Source: Eledone cirrhosa
Lineage: Eukaryota
Assembly (NCBI GenBank): GCA_964016885.1
Contig: OZ024741.1
Location: 270,320,001 to 270,384,000 of the forward strand
Length of the DNA: 64,000 nucleotides
Direction: 5' to 3'
In this document: positions 13,782-25,584 of the stretch, piece after piece
Numbering within the stretch: the first letter of the stretch is position 1
How the letters are laid out: each line of letters starts with the position of its first letter
Program-made: the position numbers and the translations under genes
The notes under the pieces: model-generated
The model's database searches: none
Told to the model about the DNA's origin: nothing
Seen by the model: the letters and a program-made list of their open reading frames with translations, nothing else

Positions 13782-16700
13782 TTATCGGCCTGATATGCGA
13801 TGGGGCCCACCCACAGCCCCGGCGGACAGAATGGAGAAGGCGTTTCCCCGGAGGACGGCAAGGGAGACGCGCTGGAAAAGCCACTCCAACTCGCGGGGCT
13901 CACACCTGCGGCTGGCCAGCTCACCGCCTATGGTGGTGGGTAAGGAGGTAGCCCTGGGGCCGAGGACACCAGAAGTTTCCACTGCCAGAGGTACGACCGC
14001 AAACCTGTCGGAGAGCGACCGGTATTGGAGGAGTTTGGCCTCCTCAGCCCGACGTGCAGCAGAACCTGGGTTAGTCGCAGACTGCACCAGGTTGCGGCTG
14101 CAGAAAGTGTCGGTGCAAGTGGCATCTCAGACGGGAGGCTTGCCACCGCGGAACGGGAAGTTGGTCATGCCATCTGGCCTTTTGCCGTCCCCTCGATCCA
14201 GCCCCACCGGCTCGAGCTGGGAAGGGAAGCCCGCATCGTCCAAGCCATGCTTAATGACCTCCTTGAGGGCAGCATAGCATGGAATTCGGCCGGCACTGTG
14301 ACGACAGGAAAGCGGGTGGAGGCCGAAAAAGTCCACGGTGGAACCGCAGCGACATTGGTGTGGCTGGCAGATCCGGAGGCCGAGCCTCAGGGAAACGCCG
14401 ATGCGCAGGCTATGGTTGTCTAGCTGCGTGCCAGTGGAGAAGGAGGGCAGGGCATGGAGCCAGGCACCACTGTGGGGTTTGGAAGCCGCACGAAAACAAG
14501 CAAGGCGGTGCTGGTCGAGCTGGCGCGTGAGCCTGTCTGAGGCCAGGCTGCACTGGGTGGCATCCCAAGTGCGTTGGGGAGACTTGACGTCAACAGTGGG
14601 AGAAGGAGGAGGGACGTCTACTTGGCTAAGTCCCAGCCGGTCCCACGTCTCACGGGCGGCCTCGCGTTCTCTGAACACAGAGGGTTCTGTTGTGTTTTGA
14701 AGAACCCTGCTGACGAGGACGCGGCACAAAGTTACCGACGAAAGATACGCCGGCAAAGATAGTGAGATCGGAGACCGGAGGCCAAGGCCGCCATACCTGA
14801 CAGGTAAAGTGGCCTGTTGCCACCCTATGTCGTCAAACTTGACGTTGCATACCTCTTCGGCTGCTGCTCGGATACAAGTATCGAGGAGAGATGTCTGGGT
14901 GTAGCACGGAGCGCTGCAGAGGGTATAGAGGAGCTTCGGCATGGCGAAGCAGTTCCTCAGTAGAAAGAGAGCTGGGTGGCCGTCAATCAAGCCCAGTCGG
15001 CTTGTGAGAGTCTGGTGTTGTTGAAGCCTGGACCCGATGGTGAAGCGGATGGCTGGAGGGTGGATCGGTGACCCGAGGATGAGGACATCCTCTTTGGGGG
15101 TCACCTAAACCTGGTGGAGAATGGACCGCACGTCCAAGACCGAGGCTGCAAAGCTCGCAGCATTGAGGCTGACATTTACCACCTCCGATTTGACCTGGAG
15201 GCCGATTCCCGCCAGGGCAGGAACCACCGATTGTAGGTCATGGCAGACCTTCCGTACGGGCCCGCCCAATGTAGCATCATCCAGATACCAAACGTTGAGA
15301 GGGGCCGTGATACTCCGGGCGATGTGGTCATTACCAAGGGCGAATAGGAGGGGTTCCAAAGGGTCGCCCTGTTGGACCCCAGTAGCCGAGGGTATGACCG
15401 TATCAGCAACAAGGAGCATGCTCGGGGCTCCATACGACAGGTAGGCCAGCGAGTAAGCAGAGGGGGCTCGGCTGAGGCAGACCTCGAGCAGATGATCCCG
15501 GCGTAAAGAGTTGAAGGCATTCCTCATGTCAAGCTTGACAATGAGGTGCCTGGAGTCCCTGGATGCCAGTTCCGATGGGCAGCTGTTGAAGAACTGCCTG
15601 GTTGCATGAGCGGCCTCCTCACAGCCACCGGACACGCCGACATCCAGTTGCACCGGACTAAACTCCTCACCCAGTTCGTGTGTGACGGACTTGCAGATCA
15701 CCTTGGCAGCCAGCCTCCGGAAGACATTGCCCACAGCAATGTGGCGTATGCCACCCTCTTTCTTCCTGAGAGCGGTGAGGCTGGCCAAAAAAAGAGGCCT
15801 CGGGCGTAAGGGTCCAGGGCGCCATGGATGAGGCTATTGGTGAGCGTCACAATTGCACTCAGAAGGCGGCGCCCGGCCTCAGCGGAGAGGGGGGATATCA
15901 ACTCCTTGAGGTGGCCTGGTCGGAGACTATCAACACTTCCGCAGCTGCTAGCTGGGAAGGACCTGATGGCGGACATGATGTTTGCATCAGAAGCCACAAG
16001 GAGCAAGTGGGGGTCGGGTGTGAGTATAGGTCTGAGTTCAGTGGGTGGCTCAGGGTGTTTGAGTCGCAGAGCAGCCAGGACCTCCTCGGTGGATTGGAGG
16101 GCAGTGTCCTCTGACTGCGACCGAGACATCACTCATAAGCTTGGCGTTTACCTGGTCACTCAAACGCTTGGCGCTGGCCTCGGGGATGGAGGATAGAGGG
16201 TACCTGAGGGTGGGTTGTGTGGCGTCCCTGGGCACGCTTGGAATGTGCGCTCACCCAAAGGACGAGACATTGGCCTTGACGAAGGCTGCTGTTGACCGGC
16301 CGCCCCGGTCAGCGCCAGAGCTGGGGAGGCCGAGGGCGAGTGGGGCGAAATAGAACAGCCGCTCCCAGTCACTGGCTCGATTGGAGTCCAGGGCGCTCTC
16401 AATCGAGGAAGCGAGGGCATCGGCTACCGGCACCCGTGCCGCTCTCGGGATCCTGAGTGGGATCTTCCGGAGCTGCCTGAGCCGAGCGATGTTGACCAGC
16501 GAGGCTTGGGCGTCAGGCAAGCTCGCTGTCTTATCTGGTGGCGTGCCAGACGGCCGTGGCTGGGAAGACGTGGGGAAGAGGCAGCTCCTGCACCTCCACG
16601 CTGCGAGGGCATTGGAAGCTCGACGAGTCAAGCCAACGCAGGTGAGGTGGTGGAAGCAGCCACACCCCAAACAGTTCCGGCCCCTCTTCCGTCTGTTAGT

Positions 16701-16832
16701 GGTGCTGCAGGTGTCGGTTTGGAGGGATGGGGTGTGGGGCCGGGGACTGGGGCACCGAGCAGCATCAGAGGTGGGTGGGTGGCTGGCTGGTGTGTCTGGG
16801 TGGAAGGGAAAGTGCTGGTAAGAGGGCCTCAT
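13782..16832 (-). mobile_element. CRE-type non-LTR retrotransposon (N-terminal PHD-like finger, RT, zinc knuckle, restriction-like endonuclease), disrupted; 5' UTR may extend to about 17110
   Basis: Motifs in order: CLGC..HLTC..WRCRSC; GGIRHIAVGNVFRRL; KLDMRNAFN; GVQQGDPL; WYLDD; LPVRYGGLG; CRCG..H..SC; KRPDG; EEAK..QY; PLAVET.G; QRVSLAVLRGNA. Split over about 6 frames. Confidence 0.92.
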
Positions 16833-17299
16833 AGCTCACCTATATATAGAGAGAGGTGTCAGAAAACAAGAGAGAAAAGAAGGGGCTGCATGGAGGGGGA
16901 CACACAGGAAGGTAGAATGTTAGTAGCACGCACATATGCGAGCAACTTAGCAGTTTGTCATAGGACCTTGTGGCTGGAGGTGAGTAACTGATGCTGGGGT
17001 TGGCTTCCTCTTGTTAATGGTAGAGTTCTTGTTGTTAATGTCACTGTTGTCGTTGCCTTCCTATTGTTAATGGTGAAGATATAGAGCGAAATACAAAATC
17101 CGCCAGCAGACAATTATATAAAAAAAAAGTATATAGAAATATAAGTTAACATTTCTGTTTGGGATATAATTAGGATGTGATTTGAGGGTATTTGACTGCA
17201 GTTTCGGGCAGGTCAACTATGCATTGTGCATAGTTACAGAGTAATATATAAATAGTAGTTTATGGTGCTTATAAATGTGTATTTGTGTGTGTATGTATG

Positions 17300-17334
<35 letters not shown>

Positions 17335-17409
17335 AAACTAAGATATTTGAAGGCGTCTGTGAGAGACAGATTAGACATGCGTAACTGTTTACAATTATAA
17401 TGTAAATAG

Positions 17410-18052
17410 TCACCCTCTCTCTCTTACACTTTTACCCTTTCTCTTTCACACTCTTATCCTCTCACTCCCACCCTTTCTCATTCTCACTCTTATCCTCTCA
17501 CTCCCACCCTTTCTCATTCTCACTCTTATCCTCTCACTCCCACCCTTTCTCATTCTCACTCTTACACACTCTCTCGCTCTGTTTCATCTCTTATTCTTAT
17601 CCCCTCTCTATGTCTCCTATACTTTACCCTTTCTCTTTCACCCTCCCACTTTCACTCATTCTCATCCTTTCTCACTTATGCCCCTCTCACTCTTACCCTT
17701 TCTCCCTCGTGCCCCTCTCACTCTCAATTTCATCTCTCTTATACTTTTACCCTTTCTCTTTCACCTTCCCACTTTCACTCTCATTCTCATCCTTTCTCAC
17801 TCATGCCCCTCTCACTCTTACCTTTTCTCCCTCTCTCACTCGTGCCCCTCTCACTCTCAATTTCATCTCGCTTATACTTTTACCCTTTCTCTTTCACTCT
17901 CATTCTCATCCTTTCTTACTCTTTCCCCTCTCTCTCTCTCAATTTCATCTCTCTTGCACTGTTACCCTTTTTCTTTCACCCTCTCATTTTCACTCTCACT
18001 TATCCTCTTACTCCCACCGTATTTAATTCACCCCCTCTCTTTCTCTTTCTCT
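17410..18052. repeat. Pyrimidine-rich degenerate tandem repeat
   Basis: Repeated cactcttatcctctcactcccaccctttctcattct and related CT-rich units. Confidence 0.8.
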
Positions 18053-18436
18053 AACACACAAGTTCACCGAACATCCACAGGTAAACCTATTTCTAGGTTT
18101 ACTGTTTACTATTGTTGTTGTTGCTGTATCTATCATCATTATTGCTGTTATTGTTGCTATATCTATCACTATTATTGCTGATGTTGTTACTGTTGTTTAT
18201 CTCTAGATCTTCCACTATTATACAAATGTACCTCACATGTGTGTGTTTACTGTCTCTCATATTACCACAGCAACGCAGCACCATTTTATTTTATTCAGTT
18301 TACTTCTTGAGATGGAGGTATGGGGTAAAAATTACTATTATTTTATATCATTTTCGTAAACACACTCCGTTTTGTTATTGGTCTTTGTGTGTGTGTGTGT
18401 CAAATATTTCGATATAATTTGAATAAACTCTAGTCC

Positions 18437-18592
<156 letters not shown>

Positions 18593-19576
18593 TGTTATAC
18601 TTGGGGAGGGTCATATTGTTGTAACATTGCCAGAAATAATAACAGAACACACTCACTGTTTGGTTGCTTTTCGCTTCTGTATCTTTTATATCTCCATAGT
18701 TAATTTATTTGGCAATCAATGTTTATCATTATATATATAGTAATAATAATAAATTTGAAGACTAAAATCCAAAGAGGGCTCCAAAGCAGCGATTCTTTGC
18801 TTAAACTTTAATCTGTTATTTTAATAAATATATATATATCACATAAGAAACGAAGAATCAGTGTTGCGACGAATAAAATTTATTAGATATTACAATAATT
18901 TCTCTGGCGACCAGCTCGAGGCACGATCGATATAATGATCGCACCTGACTCTGAAATTGCAAGGTCCTCGGATACGTCTCGATTCTACGAAGAAGAGTTT
19001 CCATATATATAATCTCTATACCTCTCATTTATGAGAGAGAGATGACTTCTACAGGACTAGAACTGTTTCATTCGAATGAAATCATCAAGAATGTAGAACT
19101 TATTTCTATATAATTTTTTTTAAAAAGATGTCTCTACTTCACCAATGTATTGACTACCTTTTTTAACTGTGGTTAGCCCCGACTGAATTCGGGAATCTAC
19201 ATATTGTATAGACACCACAAGCGTCTTAAGGCCATCTCTGCTATGACAACTACCTTGTCCGTGTTTCTCTAATCCCGCCGAGGTTAACTTTGCCTTTCAT
19301 CCTTACGGGGTCGATAAAATAAAGTACCAGTAATGTACTAGGTAATTGCTAGCCTTGTGCCAATAGTAGAAACAATTATCAATATTTCTTCTTCCTCGCT
19401 CTCATTCTCAGGTCATTCATGTTTAGGTGCGTGTTTAATGTGTGTGCCTATGCGTTTTTTGTTGTATTTCCGTTGTTACAAATGGTTTCTCTGTGTATTT
19501 GCGTAATAAATAAAAGAAATAGGTAGGAAGATAAACAAATAAATAGAAAGATAGATATTGGTATGTACACACACAA

Positions 19577-19618
<42 letters not shown>

Positions 19619-20490
19619 GTTATATAGTAAGGTGCAATATTGGTTGTGTAAAATGGTCCAATAACTTTAAATGATTGGAATTTTACCTTGCCTTCGGATT
19701 TTCATTTTGATATATATATATATATACATATTTATAACTACCACCGTTTAACTTCCATTTTTTCCCACGCTAGCATGGGTTAGTCGAGTTGTCCCGTTGT
19801 GAGATATGTCAGATCAGGTGACTATGTCTTGCTCATACATAACTGCTTCTGGCCTGGTTTCTGTGGCTGGATGCCCTTCCTAACGCCAACCACATTTACA
19901 GTGTACTGGATGTATGTGTGTGTGTGTGTGTGTGTATGTATAATGCAGATTAAAGTTTAAGCAAAGAATCGCCGCTTTCACCCTTTTACCAGATAGATCT
20001 CGTGAAAGCAGTGATTCTTTGCTTAAACTTTAATCTGTACTAATAATAAATATTTGCTCTACGGGTTTTTTACTTATATATATTATAATATAATCCTTAT
20101 CGAGCCCTCTTCGGATTTTGGTCTTCATAATTATTATTACTATATATATATATTGTTATACTTTGGGAAATCCAACAGGTGTGTGTGTTTTTATTGACAG
20201 CATGACCCCCTAAAGTATAACAATATCTGTTTCAACACACGTTTTCAGATAAGAAATCTCGCAAAACAAATTCAAAAACGAATTTTATATATATATATAT
20301 CAACATATGATGATGATGATAGAGAGAAGTATACATAGAGATATGTGGGATTAATGTGAGTTTTTAACTCCGTTAATTAATTTGACAAGGACGATTGGTT
20401 ACTCTTTCATTACGTTTAATGGTTGGTGAGGCGCGTTTCGCCACTGATCAGCTCAAGGTTTTTGGGGGTTTTTTCATTACCATTGTAAGG

Positions 20491-20548
20491 GGTCTGATGA
20501 GCCGTGGATTACAGAGTTGAGCTGATCAGTGGCGAAACGCTCGTCACC
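20491..20548 (+). ncRNA. Type I hammerhead ribozyme with short stem III, in a partly inverted-duplicated element (about 20385-20710)
   Basis: GGU-CUGAUGA-GCC..GGC-GAA-ACG(CU)CGU-C/ACC; about 70-bp inverted repeat 20385-20456 / 20517-20588. Confidence 0.75.
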
Positions 20549-21013
20549 AACCAATAAATGCAATGAAGGAGTAACCAATCGTCCTTGTTTTATTTTATTT
20601 TACTATAATACACTCTGTATAGCTCTACACCTCAACACAGAAGAGAACCTAAACATCGAGTGCTCATCCGGGTGAACCTACAGTAACTCCAAGTTACACT
20701 CCCTGGATAAATATATAACATTAAGAAAGATGCTGATTTTACAATTGTTTCTACTTTTGGCACAAGGCCAGCAATATCCCAATGTATTACTGGTACTTTA
20801 TTTTATCGACCCCGTTAGGATGAAAGGCAAAGTTAACCTTGGCAGGATTTGAACTCGGACCATAAAAGGATGTAACTCTTTGCTGCAAAGCATGGCGTCC
20901 GACCCTCTACCGATACTGCCAATCAACCGCCCAAACGATAGGAAAGGTTTTCCGTAGTCTGGTTGTTCTCAATTACTCAACAAAGAATGTTTAGATTGGA
21001 CAAGCTATCGAAC

Positions 21014-21065
<52 letters not shown>

Positions 21066-21405
21066 TGTGTTGATGTGATGTCTAAAAACTACCAATAGTG
21101 ACTTGCGTATTAACTAAAATGTTGGAGGGGGAAATATCAGCTGTGATAGTTCCAGTTGTTAACAGAAGACCTTAGTCAATTAATTAGTTAATTAAATAGA
21201 ATAATTAATTATAGGATTAGGATTAAATCATGTGGTTAAAATGTGACTGACTCAGATATATTTTTTTCTTGTGTTTTTGTTATAGTTTTGTAATAGTTAA
21301 TTTTTGGAATTAATACAAAATTTACTTTTTATATTTTTATCTTTTATTTCCTTTGTTTTTTTCATTTCTTTTTTGCTTTTTGTATTTTTTTTTTTTTAAA
21401 TCAAG

Positions 21406-21478
21406 GTTACTGCAAACTAGCAACACTGCCACTAACTACAAGCATTACAACCATCACTGTCATCTGTATTGTTAAATT
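21406..21478 (+). other. Possible non-coding 5' UTR exon of YPEL
   Basis: Very long T-tract then tcaAG, 73 nt of unique sequence, then GTaaga. The exon at 31779 starts with an acceptor, so an upstream exon must exist. Confidence 0.3.
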
Positions 21479-24408
21479 GTAAGAGGATTTGTGATTGTGA
21501 CTACATAAGGTTGTGCTTTGTTGTTGTCTAGCTCTGATCAAGCAGAACTATGACTGTAGGCATTCATCATCATCACTGATTAAAGTCCATTTTTCCATAC
21601 TTGCATGGGTCACACGGGTCATCCACATCAAGAGACAAGTCTGGCCAGGATTGGCCATGGCATACCATGCTTGGATGGGACTATAAATTTGGCCAGGGTT
21701 TTTACAGCTGGATCATTTCTAGTTATAAATATCCTTCTAAGTGAACCTCAGTGTAATACATGCATGCAGAGCAAACAGCAAGTATTTAAGGCCATCTTCC
21801 CTGCTAAAGCAAAGGTTAGCTTTGCAGGCTCCATGACAAACTTTTCAATAAAATAAAGTATCTTGCTCAAGGACACAATGCATCACCCGGTCCAAGAATC
21901 AAACTCACAACCTTACGATTGTAAGCCCAATGCTCTATCCACTAAGGTATGCACCTTCACACTTAAATGTAGCTGCCACATTATTTAATAATCCCTTCAC
22001 ACCACTACATTTTTTGATGTACCTAACTAACGTATATGGTACATTTCATGGAGACCATTCTGATGTCCTGTACACTACACTACTACACACAGTCACCTTC
22101 TTTTTATTTCCACCTCACCAAATACTTTACCATTAGCCATCATCTTCATCTTTCCAGATCAGCAGTTGTCAACCTTTCGAACCTCACAGACCACTAAATT
22201 CATAATTTTAAATCCTGCGGATCACTAGTATGAATTATTGGTCAAAGGTTGAAACAATACTGAAGTGTACATGTGTCATATTGTCGATAGATGATGCATA
22301 TGTGTAAAATTCTTTCATGGATGTTAGTTCTTTACTGAGGAGAAACATTTTTTACGTGGGTTATAAAATATATTTTAACTGACTATTATTTGTTTTATTA
22401 TTAATAAGATATAAAAATTGCAAATAATGTCAACATTTTTCTGCGGACCACCAAAATTTTCTCTCGGACTCCTGAGATTACCAGAAGAAATCCCAGTGGG
22501 TTTTCAATCCAATACTTCAACAATGTTCTATATTGTCTAGATACAGTGTAACATTGAAACATTAACTGCCTCAACTGTCCAATATTAATCTCTGGTGAGT
22601 TTTGTTTGTCATAGAATCAATCAGTTCAATATTACTGTGGATGGAAAGTGTCTAGTGGTAGTATCTTCTAGAAAATACATACTTTATAATATATGGTGAT
22701 GTCTTCAAAATCTTAATCAATCAATCAGATGTCTGGAACATTGATATCAGTTTATTGTAAAATTGTTATATTGCTTATTGTTGTATATACTCATGTATAG
22801 GCGGCGGATTGGCCAAGTTGTTAGAACGTCAGATAGAATACTTTATGGTATGTATTCTGACTCTCTGCTCTCGGACTTCAAATCTCGCCGAGGTCAACTT
22901 TGCCTTTCATCCTTTCGAGGTCAATAAAAAAAAAAGTACCAGTCTAGAACTGGGGTCGATTCTTTCTCAATATCTTTCTCGTTTCCTTTCTCTCACTTTC
23001 TATCTTTCTCTGGAAGAAATCTGCCCTAAAAATGCCCGCCCTTGCGACTATCAGGAGTTACAGGTTTAATCATACATACGTATACTCATGTATAAGACAA
23101 AAATAAAATCGCTGATAAAATTTGTAGGATGGGGGAGTAGACTTTTATATGGATGAGATTATACATGAATATATATGATGCAGTAGATTTTCTAATATAA
23201 TTTTTCCTATTTTATCATCTAAAGTTTGTCTTGAGCCCAAAGGCTCATGAGGCCGGTGCTTATCCCAGTTTCCGTGGCATGAAGCGACTGAAAGTACAAA
23301 ACCCACTCCCGAACAGGATGCTAGTCCATCACGGGGTTACACCCCCACCCCCCCACCCCAGCTACTGCTAGTACTCATTTTCAGCTGAGTATACTAGAGT
23401 AACATGAAATAAAGTGTTTTGCTCAAGAACACAACACACAACCCAGTCCGGGTATCGAACCCATGACGTTATGATTGTAAGTTGAATACACTTACTACTA
23501 TGTTCCATGCCTCCACCTATTTTATCATTAACCCTGTTTAATTCCAACCCACTGGGCACCACCTGTACTAAAGTGTTCATACTTCAATTGAAATCTTGAT
23601 AAAATATTTTGTAGCGTAAAGGCATCATCATAATTTTTATATCTACTTTTCTATACTTTAGTTGTGCTGCTAGTCTCCGAAACAGCATCATACCACTTGT
23701 GTTCCTTCTTTGTGAGGTTCAATGTCCTAAGATCAACTTTCACTGCCTTTACCCATGTCTTCCTTCATCTTGATCTCCCATAAGATCCTTCCATTTGGAA
23801 ATAATAAACTTATAACTGGAGGTCCCTTTTCCTGTCCTTTGGAAATAATTGTTTCTACTTTTGGCACAAGGCCAGCAATTACTCAGTGGATTACTGGTAC
23901 TTTATTTTATCGACCCCGTAAGGATAAAAGGCAAAGTTAACCTCGGCGGGATTTGAACTCAGAATGGCAAGGGCCATAACTCTATGCCTCAAAGCATGGT
24001 GTCCGACCCTCTACCAATACTGCCACTCCACCATCCTTTGGAAATGATATACTTATAATGGTGGTCCCTTTTTCCTGTCCTTTGGGAATAATGGTTTCTG
24101 ATTTAGGCACAAGATATATCATCATCATCATCATCATCATTTAACGTCCATCTTCCACACTAGCATGGGTTAGATGTTTTGTTCCATTTGATGCGGAAAT
24201 GGTCGGGAGACCATGTCTCGCTCGTACGGAAGCGTCTCTAACAGATGTTTTACATTTGGATGCCGTTCCTAATACCAACCACATTTACAGTGTGGACTGG
24301 GAGCCTTTTTACCGTGTCTCCTACACGACCACCTTACAGTGTGGACTGTTGTGTCATCGACACAGTGGACGGAGCGTGTGTATATATATGTACATCTATA
24401 AAGATCTG

Positions 24409-24439
<31 letters not shown>

Positions 24440-24441
24440 AT

Positions 24442-24585
24442 GAAGGCGCATGGCTTAGTAGTTAGAGCATTGGGCTTGCAATCGAAAGGTTGTGAGTTCA
24501 ATTCTCGGACCGGGTGATGTGTTGTTTCCTTGAACAAGACACTTTATTTCACATTGCTCCAGTTTACTCAGCTGTAGAAATGAGA
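24442..24585 (+). mobile_element. Second tRNA-derived SINE family (CORE-like central domain)
   Basis: A/B boxes tggcttagtagttagagc..gagttcaattc then cttgaacaagacactttatttcacattgctccag. Other copies at about 7765-8020, 21850-21960, 23245-23510, 33200-33320, 39405-39735 and 63873-64000. Confidence 0.8.
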
Positions 24586-25117
24586 TGATAGGACTGGGGT
24601 CCCTATCATTCCACTGCAAAGTGGTCTAGGAGGTGCCACGGCAAAAAAGCACCCAGCCCACACTGTAAAGTGGACGTGTAGGCGCCATGGAAAAAAAGCA
24701 CCCAACACTCACTGTAAATGAGGTTGGTGTTAGGAAGGGCATCCAGCTGTAGAAATCAAGCCAGAATCAGTTCCCGTATGAGCAAGACAAGGTCAGCCGA
24801 CCGAACACTGCCCACAACAGGACAACCCATCTAACCCATACTAGCATGGAAGAACGGACGTAAAACGGTAATGATGATATATATGTATATATATATATCA
24901 TCATCACCGTTTTACGTCCATTCTTCCATGCTAGCATGGGTTAGACAGGTTGCCCTGTTGTGGGCAGTGTCCGGTCGGCTGACCTTGTCTTGCTCATACG
25001 GGAACTGTATATATATATACAGATACATCTTTATACATGCACATATACACACACACATGTATATATATATATCACATAAGAAATGGAGAATCAGTGTTGC
25101 GACGAATAAAATTTATC

Positions 25118-25214
25118 AGACATATTACAATCATTTCCTTGGCGACCGGCTTGAGGCACGATTGATGTAATGATCAAACCTGACTCTGAAATCGCAAGGT
25201 CTTCAGATACGTCT
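25118..25214 (-). ncRNA. Type I hammerhead with long stem II insertion; degenerate copy at about 18885-18980
   Basis: AGACGUAU-CUGAAGA-C-CUUG.CGA..UCG.CAAG-GAA-AU(GAUU)GU-A/AUAUGUCU. Confidence 0.65.
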
Positions 25215-25548
25215 CAATTCAGTTTGGAAACTCTGCTTCTCCATTTCTTATGTGATATCATACTCTGCTCTGTAAGAGCATCGAGTGCTCAAACGGCCTA
25301 CCACTTACGGACGTTTTAAGCATCCCACACTAATTATATATATATAGTAATAATAATAAATTTGAAGACTAAAATCCAAAGAGCGCTCGATAAGGATAAA
25401 TACATATCAAATATATAAGAACCGTAGAGCAAATATATATATATATATATATATATGTCAACATGAATGGACCTGTTATTTTTATCTAAAGACATTTTTT
25501 CCAATTCCATTTCACCCGTCCCCTCAATCTATCTTATTCCTCATTCTT

Positions 25549-25584
25549 TCTTCTGATGAAGGACTAGCGTCCGAAACGTTAAGA
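25549..25584 (+). ncRNA. Minimal type I hammerhead in a ~205-bp repeat (25456-25660)
   Basis: UCUU-CUGAUGA-A-GGAC(UAGC)GUCC-GAA-ACGU-U/AAGA; loopless palindromic stem III. Confidence 0.78.

Noticed and set aside
13465-16991. Many overlapping plus-strand ORFs
   Set aside because: Antisense shadows of the GC-rich CRE element.
18056-18086. Possible YPEL first-exon donor (cag/gtaaac) after a CT-rich tract
   Set aside because: Plausible but not distinguishable from chance without transcripts.
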